Positions 12,883 to 26,352 of a stretch of DNA of 64,000 bases are shown one piece after another. Positions within the stretch are counted from its first letter, which is position 1, and each line of letters opens with the position of its first letter. Origin of the DNA: Eutreptiella sp. 'Long Island Sound 2002'. Taxonomy: Eukaryota > Protista > Euglenida. Both the position numbers and the translations under genes were made by a program. The notes below the pieces were generated by a model that saw only the letters and a program-made list of their open reading frames with translations, did not search any database and had not been told where the DNA came from. The DNA lies in the NCBI GenBank assembly GCA_964036045.1, contig OZ038378.1, positions 173,104,001-173,168,000 on the forward strand. Direction: 5' to 3'.

Positions 12883-15800
12883 CTAGAGCAGGGTCCAGCA
12901 CAAATCATTCCAACCAAGCGGTGGTGCAGGAGCTGTAACAAGATTGCCAACAAAGTCATGACGCAGACCATGGTTGGCAATCTGGGTAATGGGAGATGGC
13001 TCTCCTGAGGAGCACCAACACTGGCTCTTGAAGAGCTCCAACCTTGAGGTGTTGGTCAAGAGTACCGGCCTCGGCTCGTGAGGAGCTCCAACCCTAAGGG
13101 GGCCCTTGAGGAGCACCGACCCTCGCTCGACACAGGCTAAAGCTCTTGAGAAGCATCGCCCTTCCTTCTAAGGAGGAAGTTCGCTTCTGAAGAGCACCGT
13201 CTCTAACTCTTGAGCAGCTAAAACAGAAAAAGGGCTTTTTTTTCACTTTTTGCTTACTATTTTGCGAGTTTTCCGCAAAGGGTGCCCATTGAGGGTGCAA
13301 AACTACCAACAACTTGGATGAAAGTTGCATCTTTTGGGCCTTAAAGGCTTTACTAGACATGTGGTCAAATGTTTGCATGATTGATCCTAAGGAACACCGC
13401 CCCTGTTGGTGAGGAACAATTGTGCTTCCTAGGAGCACCGCCCTCCAGGAGCCAAAATAACAAAAGCTGTTCTCATTTTTTGATTACTTGTTTGCATGTT
13501 TTTCGTACATGGCTGCCAAAATACTAGCAAGGCAGATCAGAGTTGCATTTAACCAAAAAACTATGCAGCAAGCACATGCTAATTTGATTTAAGAATACAA
13601 CAAAATGCTAAACGATCATGTGACAAAAATGATTACAATAAATAATTTCTTTTCAATACGGATGTTGCCACCACCCTACATGGACTTTTGGCATGTACGA
13701 ATGCCCATTTGTGTATGGTTCAGCTTTGAATGGGGATGAGCCCTCAATTCATTTTCTCCCGTTGTGTGAGTCACGACGCTTCGCGACATACAAATCGCCA
13801 TACCCTGTTGGGATGTTTTCTAGTTTAAAAGGCTTTTTCTTCCTTTACTAAGCTTGTGAGACATTTGATTCTACAGTAACAAAAATCAGCGCAATCAATT
13901 ATGGCGACTACTCACAAGAAAACCAACATATGAAATTTCATGACCACACTTCTACTTACAAATGCATTCAACATGGAAAACACCATACTGTAACCGCTGC
14001 ATAAACACATCACTAGAATTCTATCCATCCGGTGTGGCCTTGAGGTAGAGTGAACAATTTTGGCGATGTAACAAACGGCCTGGCAATTTGCCGCCATTTG
14101 CTTTTCAAAGCATAGCAGGAGTGATCTTTTGGCCGTCCGCACGGACACACACTTTGCTTGTTATATGTGTTCTGTCGTATCTTATTCTTCTAGCAACCCA
14201 CTTGTGCCAGCGTTTTGCCTCCACCTTTCCGCGGTTGGTAAAAAAAATTCGGAAAAAGGCGCTTTCGTTGTCGTTAAAAATTGCCCTACGGTTGAACTGC
14301 ACTTCTTCGAGGGCCGGGCACAAAGCTTTTTGAAAGCATTTCATTTACTCACTTCACATCAATTTTGCATTTGCTCTCTATGATTCATATGGCCGAGGAA
14401 CACGGCATGTAATGTTCGCCTTCCTTTTTTTTAAACAACTCAAACCATTTACAACCTGTTTTAATTTTAACACCTTGAGCTTTGGCACCAACAAGACTCC
14501 TGCTTGTTGGGAAACTTGTGCTGCTGGAGAACTCGTGCTTGCAAGAGAAACCGGATTGGATGGAGACGTCGCACACGCAGCAGTCTTGTGCTCGCCAGCT
14601 CCAACACTTGGTCAATGATTTCATGCTTTGTCAGGGTAATGACTGCAGCGGCTTGTTTTGCAATCCATTTAACCACTTGGGCATCCGACACTCTTGGCTC
14701 CGGACCGTGTGCCACCTAAATTGGCCCACTGTTCGTGAATGGCAACATACCAGCCTCTATTACCGTACACGCTAACTCTTGTTACACCCTAACAACAACC
14801 GTGCACACCTACCATCGCGTGAGTGCTCTCCATATCGTGCCTACCATCGCTTGAGCGCCCTCCATATCGTGAGAGCACGCTCTGCACTGTGCGCACTTTC
14901 CATCGCGTTCAACACTGTGCACGCCGACAAGGCAAAGTACAACAGCGCGTGAGAACAATCTCTAAGAATACAACACATCTCTTTCTCATTGCACTTGGTA
15001 CTTCTCATTGCACGTGGTACTTCTCATAGCGGGGAGGTACTGATGTGGGGCGCGTGAAATCACGTGCTACCGGTCACAGCGACAGTTGCCCCTTGTAGCA
15101 GCGGCACCGCTCCACACTCTCACGTGCACTTCCATTGACGCGCCATGGTATGTTGCACTAACCAATGGGAGCGCGCTTAGAGCGCAAAGAAAAGAGTGCA
15201 ATCTGATACCGCACGGTAGGGTCCTACCAAGCGACATCTGCCTTTGAAGGAAAGAGAACAACAACCTTGTTCCCACCGCTGCCTTTGTTAAAGTCACTCT
15301 GTGGACGGCGTGTTCCCTTGCACCTGCACACTCTCACAGTAGTCCACTGACGACCGCTGCCGGATAGGCAAAAAAAATGCAGCAGGGATGCTTCGGCGGC
15401 TTTTTGGTTGCCCCACAAACTTCCGTGATCCACGCGCAGGCACAGCCTTTCGCTGCGCGCATTTTCACCACACGATGTGAAAAAATAATAATTCAGTTAG
15501 AAAATTGTGTAAAAAACATGCGATTTGATCAAGTAGTTTTAAAGAAATTCATCATACTTAAGTGGTACACGGAATGGTGCGGCGATTGAGCCCGCCACAT
15601 CGCTACAACAACATTTCACATCCAAATGAAAATTTATTTCAAAACTTCACGATTTTGACTGCTGGAATACAATTACTCACTGTAAAAAACAATGCGCAAT
15701 CGCCAGTTGCAATGGGCGCATTATCGGCCTATTTATTGGTGATTTTACTTTAAGAGTGAAACGCACTGGGTTTCAGCACTTTAGACACTCCGCACAAATT

Positions 15801-16099
15801 TCAACATTGTCGGCCTTGGAAATTTTATTTGCCTCTTAACAATTACTTTGAACCGTGTTTGGAATCTCTCACACCTAGCACACGATGGTCTTCTTGCGGG
15901 GAGGACTTGCCAGATGTTGGCACCCCATAATGTAGAAAGATTGAAAAATATACTTTGAAACAAGGCTATTTGCCTATGCTGACATAGACAAATAGAACTC
16001 CGGTGAATGTGGTTCCAATATCATTGATGCAATGCACTTACACTAGAGCTCATGTGTTGACCACAAGAGGACCTCCATGCCTTCAAGCAGGGAGGACAA

Positions 16100-16350
16100 T
16101 TCAATTGGTTCTGAATTTCGAAGAAGGTAATGGTGGAATTAGCTTAGGCAAAGAGTATGCGTGTGGTTGGGGCTTGGGCCATGCGTTTGGTGGAAAATTG
16201 TATTTCACTCGTTATATATGAGGGGAGAAGTTGAAGCTGAACAATCTGGCGGCCCCAAAAGACGGTGCCATGCCAGCTGCCAAACTCACTCCATACAGTG
16301 TTTTTGTGGAAAGAATTTCACACAACACATAGAGGTGATTGATTTGAAAT
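16100..16350 (+). mobile_element. Fragment homologous to the internal ORF of the TIR element at 61036-61733
   Basis: Encodes CGWGLGHAFGGKLYFTRYI*GEKLKLNNLAAP vs GVWGMGHSFGNKLYFTRDIPGGKWVPKNLLAP at about 61350-61450 (-). Confidence 0.6.
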
Positions 16351-19159
16351 AATGAGAAGCCAATGCAAAGCCATTTGCGACGGATGGGCAACACAATGCA
16401 CCGTAGCAGATGTTTACATAGCAAAACATCGAGTTGTCGCTCGGCTGTGAAGTAAGACCTATTTCAAAAACAAACAAATGCAAAAACTGAAAAAATGCAC
16501 TCCACAGTAATGTATGAATAAAGGCAATAATGCATCTTTCTTCTCTATGCCAGACCTGGTCTCCTAGGGGGAGGGGCAAGCAGGGTACAACATTGGGGGG
16601 CCTCGCTACTCTATGTGCCTCTTCAAAAATTTTCAAAATGGCCTTCCCTACTTTCCGTGCTTACTACTTTCTGGCCCTGGGCCCATGTTCTTCATTCGAT
16701 TTGTTTTATGGGCTTCCCTTCCCCCATGACTATGCTGAGATTGAGGATATCCTGCTTCCAGAATGCACCAACATCAACGAGGAGGGCACTGGGTGTGGTG
16801 CAACATGGAATCATCCATTGCAATTTGTGAGGATTTGAGCTCACAAACCAGGGTTTACCACTGATTTGCAATTGCGACAAAAGAATTTACTCTTAGATAC
16901 TTGCAGATACTCATAAATATTCGTAAATATTCGTAAATATTCTTCATGCAAGAAAGAAGTTTCCTAGTGGCCATCAAGCCCAAAATTGGTCCTTGGCACC
17001 CAAATACAACACCCCATAGCACACAGAGACGGTCTGGCACACGATTGGTAATTCCAAATTGGAAGTGATTGTGTCTATTGCTTGGCAAATATTTCCTCCA
17101 CGTCACTGTTACAAAACATTGCCACAGCAGTGGCCCTGAGAGCAAGGGTCATCTTTTGCCTAATTTTTGGCATTAATGAGCCCTGCCAAGCTGAAGGAAC
17201 GTTCCACAAGTGCTATATAAACCACCATATATATGGTCCACCAACCATTTAAATACACGTACAAAGATGTTGTCCCTCAGTGGCAGAGGTGTACATGGTT
17301 GGAGAGACAGGCAGTTCATAAAGTTCATAATCATCACACTATTGATACATTTTGGCAAGCACGTGGACACTGATGTATGATGCAGTTGCACCATCGACCA
17401 GATATATACAAATAAGCAGGACTTGTTTGCCAGGGGCGAGGGGTCGTTGGCCACCCCCCTATGCATGTACCACCAAAGCAAATCCCAAGCAAGAAGCAAA
17501 CTCAACACACAAATTTGCGGTAACAAGCGGAAGGGGGCTCCACGAGATGGGGAAGGGCAGTGTGCGGGCTGCGATCGCCTCTGAAAGGTATCTGTCGGAC
17601 GTGGAAGTCAAATTGCACAATATGCACGTGCAGGATCACGTATTTATAACAAAGAACGATGAGCATGTTGAGAAAATTTTAATGAAGCAATGATACATGA
17701 TATGTTGTGGAGGGTGTGGAAAAGTAAGGTTAAATGAATCCTTCGTTTTTCGTGCTTGGTGTGGCTTTTCCTTTGCTGGTGCGAAGCACCATCAAAAGAA
17801 AAGCCTTATTACGTCTTTAGCCATTTTCGGGTCACCTTTCTATGTCGGAAGTGGAGCCGGGCGGTGACAAACAAGAACAAAAACACTCCTTTGCCTTGTG
17901 TTTAAGCTAGCAGCGCAAAGACAGGGGGGGTGCATTGGGCAAGATTAGCGACAAAGGGTGCAAATAGCATAAAATTGACATATTCATAACTTGGGCCTAT
18001 TGTATCGGATTTTGACGAAATTAAGGGCAATTTTGGTCAATTTGGGGGTGTTCTTTTCATTTTAGAGCTTGAAAAGGCGGCTGTATGCGCTGAAAACCGT
18101 CAAATCGAAAAGCGGTGCTAAAACAAAATGAGGGCGGATTTTCAATTGTACAGCAAGGCGAACCTTTTACAACCATTTATAAATCTGGTCTTAGATCGAA
18201 ATTTCGTGCACTGTAGCCCCATTTCACTTTGAACAGTCAAAATGAAAGATCGCAAATGCCGGCGACTGCGAAATGCACGCGTGCACAGCAAATAAATAAT
18301 ATGGCAAATAGATTTCTTGGGATTTGGGGCCTGTGGCTTATATATAGTGTTTTTCGTCACCTCAACTTTGCTAGTGCACCTTTAAATCGCATCCCTAGCT
18401 TATATGGAATTAGTGGATGCTGGTAAAGAAGTTAAAGCCTTGTAAAGGTCCTAACTTTGCAAAACACCCATGATGAATCAAAAGCAATATGACAGCGCGA
18501 ATCAGCTCTCCGAGGCGGTCATTTAGAGGGGCTGCATCGTAGACTTTTGAGGTATGTTTCGTTTCGGCGCGCGGACTGTATATAATGGCATAAGGACTGC
18601 TTTTAGAGGGGGGCGGGGCCCCATTCCCCGGCCCCCCAATTAAAAGCCCCCCATGGGGGGGGAGAGTGAACAAGACTGACCATCCAGCAAACCCATTTGC
18701 AGATTGGTGCGTGCACTGCAAACGTTGAATCCATCAATTTGTCGGAAAGGCCTTCTGTCAAATCTCTTCACCCTGAATGGGCTGACGTTTTGTGGGCATC
18801 TTGCTTCTCCAGTGCTTCGCCCAACAACATTCCAACTTGGTCCAAGCCATTGTATCCAAGGGCACTTGCAAAAATGAAGCTCACCCTTGTCCTTGAGGCA
18901 AAGGCAACTGCAAAAATGTTGGGCCCACTCCCGTAGTGGCTCAGGCAACATCCGGCAAAGGCAGTCAGTCTACTGAAGGCAGGTATCTGACCCCAGCGAG
19001 AAGACCTTGTTCAGCAGCAATGAGCTGCTACAGATGCCCTGTTCTGAATTGCCCTGAGTGCATACCGCTGATATACCCCTTCCCAGCACCCACATTGTAG
19101 CATGATGATAGCATTGTAGCATGATACCGTGGCAGGGAAACTCACCCCTTCTAGAGGTT

Positions 19160-19390
19160 CTCATCAGAAATTTGTTTAACCAATCACATCAGAATTATCA
19201 GAACCGCCACATCACATCAGAATCATCACATCAGAATGCTTATCACTCACATCATGTCTATCAATCTCATCAGAAATTTGTTTAATCAATCACACCAGAA
19301 TTATCAGAATCATCACATCACATCAGAATCATCACATCAGAATGTTTATCACTCACATCAGTTTATCAATCTCATCAGAAATCTGTTTAT
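19160..19390. repeat. About 105-bp tandem duplication built of CATCAGAAT subrepeats
   Basis: CTCATCAGAAAT(T/C)TGTTTA starts at 19160, 19266 and 19371. Confidence 0.9.
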
Positions 19391-20337
19391 ATAGGCCTGA
19401 TTCGGGCAGGTTGGCAGGTCTGCTCAGTTGAGGTATCCCACCAGCACCGATCGACATTAATCCTGAGAAATCAATGCCCCGAGGAAATTCCTAAAAACGT
19501 ACCATACTCTATCAGCTGCCTGTTTCCGAGGTCCTGCTGGTATAGAATCCAGCTGGCTGGATTCAAGGCTGTGAAACGTGACAGACGAACATCGCATGGC
19601 CGAGAATTATGACACCTGGACACCAGCCAGCGGCCGGAGCTTTGTGAGTCCTGTTCGTATCACACTGTAACTGTGTGAAGGTAAGGTCAGGTGTATGATA
19701 GCCCTGGGATGCCCTTCGAAAAAAAGCAGCTAAAATGTGACATGACACCACACCGCACTACGTGATGCACCCAGCCACACTACGGGACACACCACACGCC
19801 CCCCACAAAAAACAACACCAACAACAACTGGGGGTAAACCCTCCTAAGACCCTTGGTTTTAACTGTCCTTTTGGGGGAGAAAACCACCCAAAAGTGGTGA
19901 TAGCCCCCCCAATTTGTAGGGATAACCCCCATCCCCATGTGTTAACCTCGCCCCACCCCCCCCCCAAGCCCCCCCAAAACCCCACACAAGGCACCAAGGC
20001 AAGGCACAAGGTACTGCAATGCAGAGAATCTAATAGACACTGCTAAAGCAATGAAGCAGCGCAGCCGGAAGGCCAGGGCATCCCCGGGCCTTAGCCCTTA
20101 TCAGCAGCTTATTGTGAAAGGCACCACCTCTTTCCACCAATAACAACTCTCTGCTGCCGCACTGCGCCCCACACCGCCCCACATCCACTGATGTCAAGTA
20201 GTTACAAAAAAAACCAAAGAGTACCACGCGGGACTGAGCTTTAGACTACCAACCCCATGGCTTTGGCGCGGCTGCTGGTCTCAAGTTGTGGCCACGTCAA
20301 AAGCAAGGCCAGTTGTGCAGACCGGGCATGTGACCAG

Positions 20338-20883
20338 CTAGAAATAATTCTGCCTGCGCTGCGGGCACTCACGGAGCTTGTGCTCGGTGCTGCCGCAGGT
20401 GTGGCATGCCTGGGGGTACGGGCACTGCATGACGCGGTGGTCAGTGGCCTTGCAGTTGTGGCACACCTCAGGGATGGGGCACTCGCGGGCCATGTGGTTG
20501 GGGTCCCCACAGTTGTGGCAACGGCCGGGTCTGCCACCAGCACCATTACCGAAGCCTTTACCTCCGCCCCAGGCCCCCACGTAGCTGTACGCGCCTTTGC
20601 CAGGCATGGCGACTTGGTAGAGTTGGGAAGGCCTGGTGACCGGTTGTGATCTTACGTATGGGCTGCTCGAGGGGTACTCCGGCCGCGGTGGCCTGCGGAC
20701 TGGACCGGGTGCAGACACTGGGGCAGCAGGTGCGCCACCTCCGCCACCGGCGCCGGAGTCCATTCCAAGGAAGGTGTCCACTAGTTTGGCCTTTCGGATA
20801 TCGTAGTCGCTTTCGCTGATCATACCTTCGCAGAACAGTGCGTCAAGCTTGGCCGTTGACTGTTTGAATGCGTCGAGGTTCAT
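20338..20883 (-). CDS. CCHC zinc-knuckle nucleic-acid-binding protein (3 knuckles) with N-terminal SHOCT-like segment, 181 aa
   Basis: Three CX2CX4HX4C motifs (CHNCGDPNHMAREC, CHNCKATDHRVMQC, CHTCGSTEHKLREC). N-terminal LDALFCEGMISESDYDIRKAKLV, Pro/Gly-rich linker. Upstream TGTTTTCCTAG acceptor at about 20911-20912. Confidence 0.85.
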   Translation of the reverse strand: MNLDAFKQSTAKLDALFCEGMISESDYDIRKAKLVDTFLGMDSGAGGGGGAPAAPVSAPGPVRRPPRPEYPSSSPYVRSQPVTRPSQLYQVAMPGKGAYSYVGAWGGGKGFGNGAGGRPGRCHNCGDPNHMARECPIPEVCHNCKATDHRVMQCPYPQACHTCGSTEHKLRECPQRRQNYF

Positions 20884-23059
20884 TGTCAACAGGACACGAC
20901 AGCGGAAAACTAGGAAAACAGAACAGCAGTTGCAGGTGGTACGAGCGCAAGTACCAAAATACTACATTACCAAATTACCAAATTACAAATGACACAACTG
21001 AATGAGCAGGACCTGAAGTGTCAGGCAAACCAGTAAACCTGATTGACTGCATCACACATTCCCCAACCCTCGCCTTAGAGACGGTCTGTCCAAGATCCAG
21101 GAGGTGTATGCACTGCCCCAGTTTACAAACCAATCCAGTTCAGTCCGTGACTTGGGTTTGGCGTTGTCTGACAAACTTCGCCGCCTCCCTTGTTGCGAAG
21201 GGATTGCGCCACAGAACGCCAGCAGCTTGTCTATCACACAAGACGTAAAATGCCATGCCAATGCTGTGGGGTGGTGGGGAGTGCATGGCAAATACTGACC
21301 TGTCAGTGGATGGCCCAGAAATTGCGGGCATCATGTCAGCTGTTACAATAACCAGGCCCAAACTCAGATTTCAGACGCTCGGAAAGCGAAGTGGCCTTGG
21401 AGGTGCCATGGGGCGGGTGGTGGCAATGGAGCAGAAGGTGCTGGGTCCAATATGAGGCTCCGCACACTAGTTCATGGATGCCCAAAATGTTCGCCAAAGT
21501 TCTGGATTTCCTTCTGCGTGCGTGTGCTGTGTAGAAACTCTCCCCAACGAGGAAAGAACTCTGGGGAAGTCTTGTTCTCAAGCACTAAAATCTGAAGGTG
21601 GTTACAGTATGGATGTCAGTGACACCAGGACTCAGTTGTGGGTTTGGACGTGGAGTAAGAAGGCTCAGGACTGGAGGATTGGGCAAAGGGGGCATGAAGA
21701 GTAACAGGGTGGCAGGTGAATGCAGAGGCTGATTTTATTTTTGTTGTTAACATGAAAGTAATGCCTGACTCCAGCAACAACTTCGAAGACCCACCAGTAC
21801 CAAGCAACGGCCACTGTTATAGTTGCACCTGCTCAAATTGGTCTTATCCAGTTGCAAAATGCTTACTTGTTTGAGTGTTTTTGCCACCCTTTGGTAGCCT
21901 TTTTGAGGGATGTCCGCCCATAATGGACATGCGTTTGTGGGAGAGTGTTAACCAGGAGCTACTTTCGGGTTAGTGTCCTGGACTTTAGTCTCAAGCTTTA
22001 CCGTCTCCTAGAGGAGCCCAAAGCACGCTAGAAAATTGCCCCACTTCCTGCCAAATCAACCCCAAAACCATCCTTGCAAAGCACGCAACACCACACCAAA
22101 TCTGCCATTTCCGATTCCAAAATGCACAACAAACATGATGTTTACTGTGCTTCATAAACAGCTCTGTCCTCAATGGTGTAGGTCAATACATACAGCACAA
22201 AGATTTTTGGTACATTCGCCACATACTGTGGTGGTGTGCTTTTTTACACTAGAAAGCACACACATCAACCCCATCCCCGCCATCATCCTGCATGGCAGCC
22301 TTGTTGGTTGCATCCACAGCAGCCCACACGAGAGGAAATGTGTTCGCATGGTCCATAGGGGGAAACAAAACTGCCTCCCAATACAAAACTTGTGCAAAAA
22401 GCAATCAAATGAGCAATGACTTCCCAAGGCAGCGAAATCGTGAATGGTGCTTGGCATAGCACTTGTTGGGGGCGTTTAGGCCTAAAACAGTGCCCGGTGT
22501 GCACCTAGTGTTCCCGATTCCTCCTGTACAGCCACTAGGATGCCCCCAGTGATCACAAATTGCCTCAGAAGCTCCTTGCAGGCCCAACATCCTCCGCAAA
22601 CACTTTGTTGGCCAACATCACCTGTAAAACACAAATCTTGATCTAGCATAGAAGAAAATTTTGAAATTTTTGTGGCACCCACGGCAACAATAAAATTGTT
22701 TCATGGACACAAAGTACGCCATTTTCTCCGGCTGTAGGAGCGCTGAATTCAGAATCTGTCTGCTTTTGTTTTGTGCATCCACCTATCCAAAATTCGGCCC
22801 CATGTGGAGAGTAGAATCATGGCAACGCCACGGTCCGTAATGGTTTGGCATGTCGGTCTGTCTGAGGCATTGACAAACACTCCCTCAGATTTCTGGCAGT
22901 GGTACATTCGACCATCAGGGTATGCCTCTTGGCCATGCATCAACATGTGACACTGGGCACATCATGTCTCTTCTCTTCTATGCATCGCATACTTGTCGCT
23001 CTACCTCTACGCATCACATCATGCTGACTCTCTCCCTCGACCTATTCGCCTCCCCTATT

Positions 23060-23550
23060 CTATTCATCCGCTTGCACAACTCTCATTGTGTGTACCCCCT
23101 CTCTCCCACTATCTCCCCATTGATTGTGTGTCATGCCCTCCTGTGCTTCTTTCTTGCCTCTTTGGTGTCCTTCTTGGCGGTCCTCCTTTTGAGCCTGGTG
23201 ATACCTCAGGGTGTCCTTCAGCCATTTTGCTTGCTTCAGCGCGTTCCTGGTCCATGCATGCCTCCATGCCCCAGCCCACAGTGCGGCCTCTGTCCACACC
23301 TCCGTCATCACCCTCTCCCACTGCTCAGCTACTGCTCAGCTACTCCTCGCAGGCGGCATACTGCGTTGTCGCTGCTTCTAAGCACCCGGTGTTGCGTGTG
23401 GTATTCGTCCCACAATTGCATTTGGCAGTCTACACATTCCCGCAGCCACAGTTGGGAAGCCCTAAAATCCCGCAGCACGGTTCCGTCAAATGTAACCTCC
23501 CGGTGGCTGAATCGCAGGCCACATACCCGCGACGCCTTTTTTCTAAACAC
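23060..23550 (-). mobile_element. Possible degenerate non-LTR retrotransposon C-terminal region
   Basis: CVDCQMQLWDEYHTQH (zinc-knuckle-like) followed by LWAGAWRHAWTRN (W..W..RN-like motif), split over frames. Confidence 0.3.
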
Positions 23551-24530
23551 ATCAATTCTGCACAGCCACTAGCGAAAACAGTACAAATGCATCCATACAA
23601 AACGTAAAAACTCTGATAGTGAGTGACCAGTGTGCCCGAAATACGCAAAACACAAGGAAGTGGCTCAATGACTCAACATTGTGGTGCTCTATGAAAAATT
23701 CACGACTCATGCAAAGATCATTCTCCAAATCCAGGGGGGCTGGACACACAAGCAGCTGCCTAACCATATTCTAGCTGCCTAACCATATTCTGGCTACCTC
23801 ACTGCCATTTGAACAAAAAGGCACATTAGAATGTGACCCTTGACTGTAGGAGCGCTCCTAATGGAAGCTGGAGCTCCGTGACCTTGAATTGGGTGCAATT
23901 TGGGGGCTCTACCACCCCACGCCGACAAAGAAAAGTGCTAAATTGACTGGTGACCAAGACTCCCCGACTCCCCCAGTGCCTGTGGCCCAAACCACTCAAA
24001 CAAATGCCCCCGCGGTCATTTCCAGGGAGCGCGTGGGTGGGAGGTACAGAGGAAGGAAGGGGAGGAGGATTGTGGTGCAATGGGCGCGGTCAATGCAGCC
24101 CCAAAAACGTCTTTGATGCTTTGTGCACACTTTTCTTGTGGACACATAATGGGCCCTGCCCTTGGGAAATCCTAGCACATGCACAGGAGGATACATTGCT
24201 GTGATACTGCAATGCACATCATTCGCTCAGGCGTTCTTTTACTGCACTCTGTTTGAAACGTCACTTTATTGGAAATGGATGCAAGTGGATACAGGTCTGC
24301 CTCAACAAACTTGCAAATGTTCAATTCATTGTGCCCTGCCCAAATCTCAAAAAAGTGTGGTTGTTCATTGGCAGAAGAAAAGGGGGAGGGGGGGCAAGCG
24401 AAACGGCAATTTGGAGCATTCTGCCACTCCCTCCCTACCCCCCTTCCTTCCTCTCCAATCCAATAAAATACCCCTCCTCCTCCCTCCCATCATTTGACCC
24501 ACCTACCCACCCATCCACACACCCACCCAC

Positions 24531-25397
24531 GGGTGGGGGAAAATTGGCTTGTGCGGGGGGGGGGGGGGGGTCGTTGGAGCCCCTTTTCCGGACCCCCCCC
24601 AGCTTGGCTCCCGTGATGGGGCCTTGAAAAAGGTCATAGATGGTGGCAAATAAAGTTGAACTTCCATTGGGGGGGGGGGGGGGAGCAGTGGTGGTGTTTA
24701 TGTCCGGTCAATTCCGGCTACATCCCATAGCAACAAAAAACTGAGGAGATGTAGCGCCCCACCTTGGCCTCCTGCTAGCACAGACGACTGAGAGGCGGAA
24801 GTCAAAGATGACATATCAGAGGAATCGGAATCACATATCGAGGTGTCATTGCTTGAGTCAAAGCTAGAGTGGGAGTCTGTTTCACATGCAGAGACGGACG
24901 TGGAGCATGTGGAAGAGACAAAACCAGGAAGAATCAAGGATGTAGGCAACAAGGGGGGAATGCTGATGATAGCCCATAGTGGTACTATGGTCACCATCGC
25001 AAATCAAGATATCATTCCCCTCAGATATCTCACCGCTCAAACAGATTGCGCACACAACATTAGATCCATCAGAGTCCAGTTCATTTTCCGGGGCGTCTTG
25101 CACATGGGCCATTTCAGCACTCTCTACAGGCAAACCTTTGGCCTCCCTAATTATTTGTATGTAGTTGTACACTCTCTGCACCAACTCCCCCTAGGCCCTG
25201 CCCGTGCCCCTTTTATACCCCGTAGGGACCGGCGGGAGTTAGTTCCGGAATTCAGTGAAAAAATGGCAAAAATGGCAAAAAATTGGTACTTTACCAAGGG
25301 TTTTGCCATAGGAGCCCCATTGCCAGACCCCCCCCCCTCCTTCGGGGGGGCTCCAACGACCCCCCCCCACGCAAGCCAATTTTCCCCTTGCCCACCC
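24531..25397 (-). mobile_element. TIR-bounded element carrying a degenerate PHD-finger fragment
   Basis: GGGGAAAATTGGCTTG..G-run..TCGTTGGAGCCCC (about 24536-24583) is inverted at 25347-25387. The internal minus strand encodes CAICLSGEISEGNDILICDGDHSTTMGYHQHSPLVAYILDSSWFC (about 24905-25058). Confidence 0.65.
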
Positions 25398-26352
25398 TTG
25401 CTTCCTCTCTGCCACCCATCCACTCAATCAGCCACCCTCAACACCTTTCACCCATCTGCCCTTCGTGTCTCGAATCCCTCTGTCTCTGTCCCCAGCTTGG
25501 TACAGCTGCTGGGCACCCGGCTCGTAGGATGGCCGATCCCTGCAGCAGCAGCAGCAGCAGCAGCATCACCGCCACCAACTGCTTGTGACATAAACAGACA
25601 CATGGTGGGGGGCTGCTTGGGTGTCAATGCAGATGGGGTGCAAAGGGTGCAGGTGTGCCACTTTCCGCCAGCCATCCAAGTGGGCACGGAACTGATGATG
25701 GATGGCCCACCGAATCTGGGAGGAGAACAGTGATGGGGCTCACAGCAGTGGAGGGCCTTGCTGCATATTGGGCTGAGCGGTGAACGCGCTGCCATCCAGG
25801 CCTACATCTGGGCGTGGTCGGTCGTGACTCTCTGTCGTACGTTTCTGAGGGCCAGAGTCAGCAGTGCATCGCACAACTACAGGAATGGCAACACAACACG
25901 TCGAATGGACTCCCCACCCACCCAGAAAACAATACAAGGGGCGCTGAATTGCAATTCTGGAGCCCCGGCCCTGAAGCGCTAGATGGGGGTCTGAAAAGGG
26001 CGTCGGGTGTCCCCGGGAGGGGGAGGGGGGTCAGGGAAGGGGGAGACCGTGGTGACCTCAAAATGATCAATGCGTGGCACTGAGTCTTTTGAGGGACATC
26101 TTACAGCAGTGACAAATTTTGTCAAAAAGGGGCTTCTAGCAGCTGAAAGCCCATCCTTGTCCGACGTGCGGAAGAGGCGACATAGAGAGAGCAGCAGTTA
26201 AGCGCTTGATAGCTCGGTGCAGCCAACGGTGCAGCTGATATGTTGCTGACTTCAAGAACATGTATGGCCGTCAACCCCATATCTTAGCGACCCTGTTCCA
26301 GCACCTTGCAAAGCAAGAGCCGTTACCGGCCGCTGAGGCGGCAGCAGCGCCA

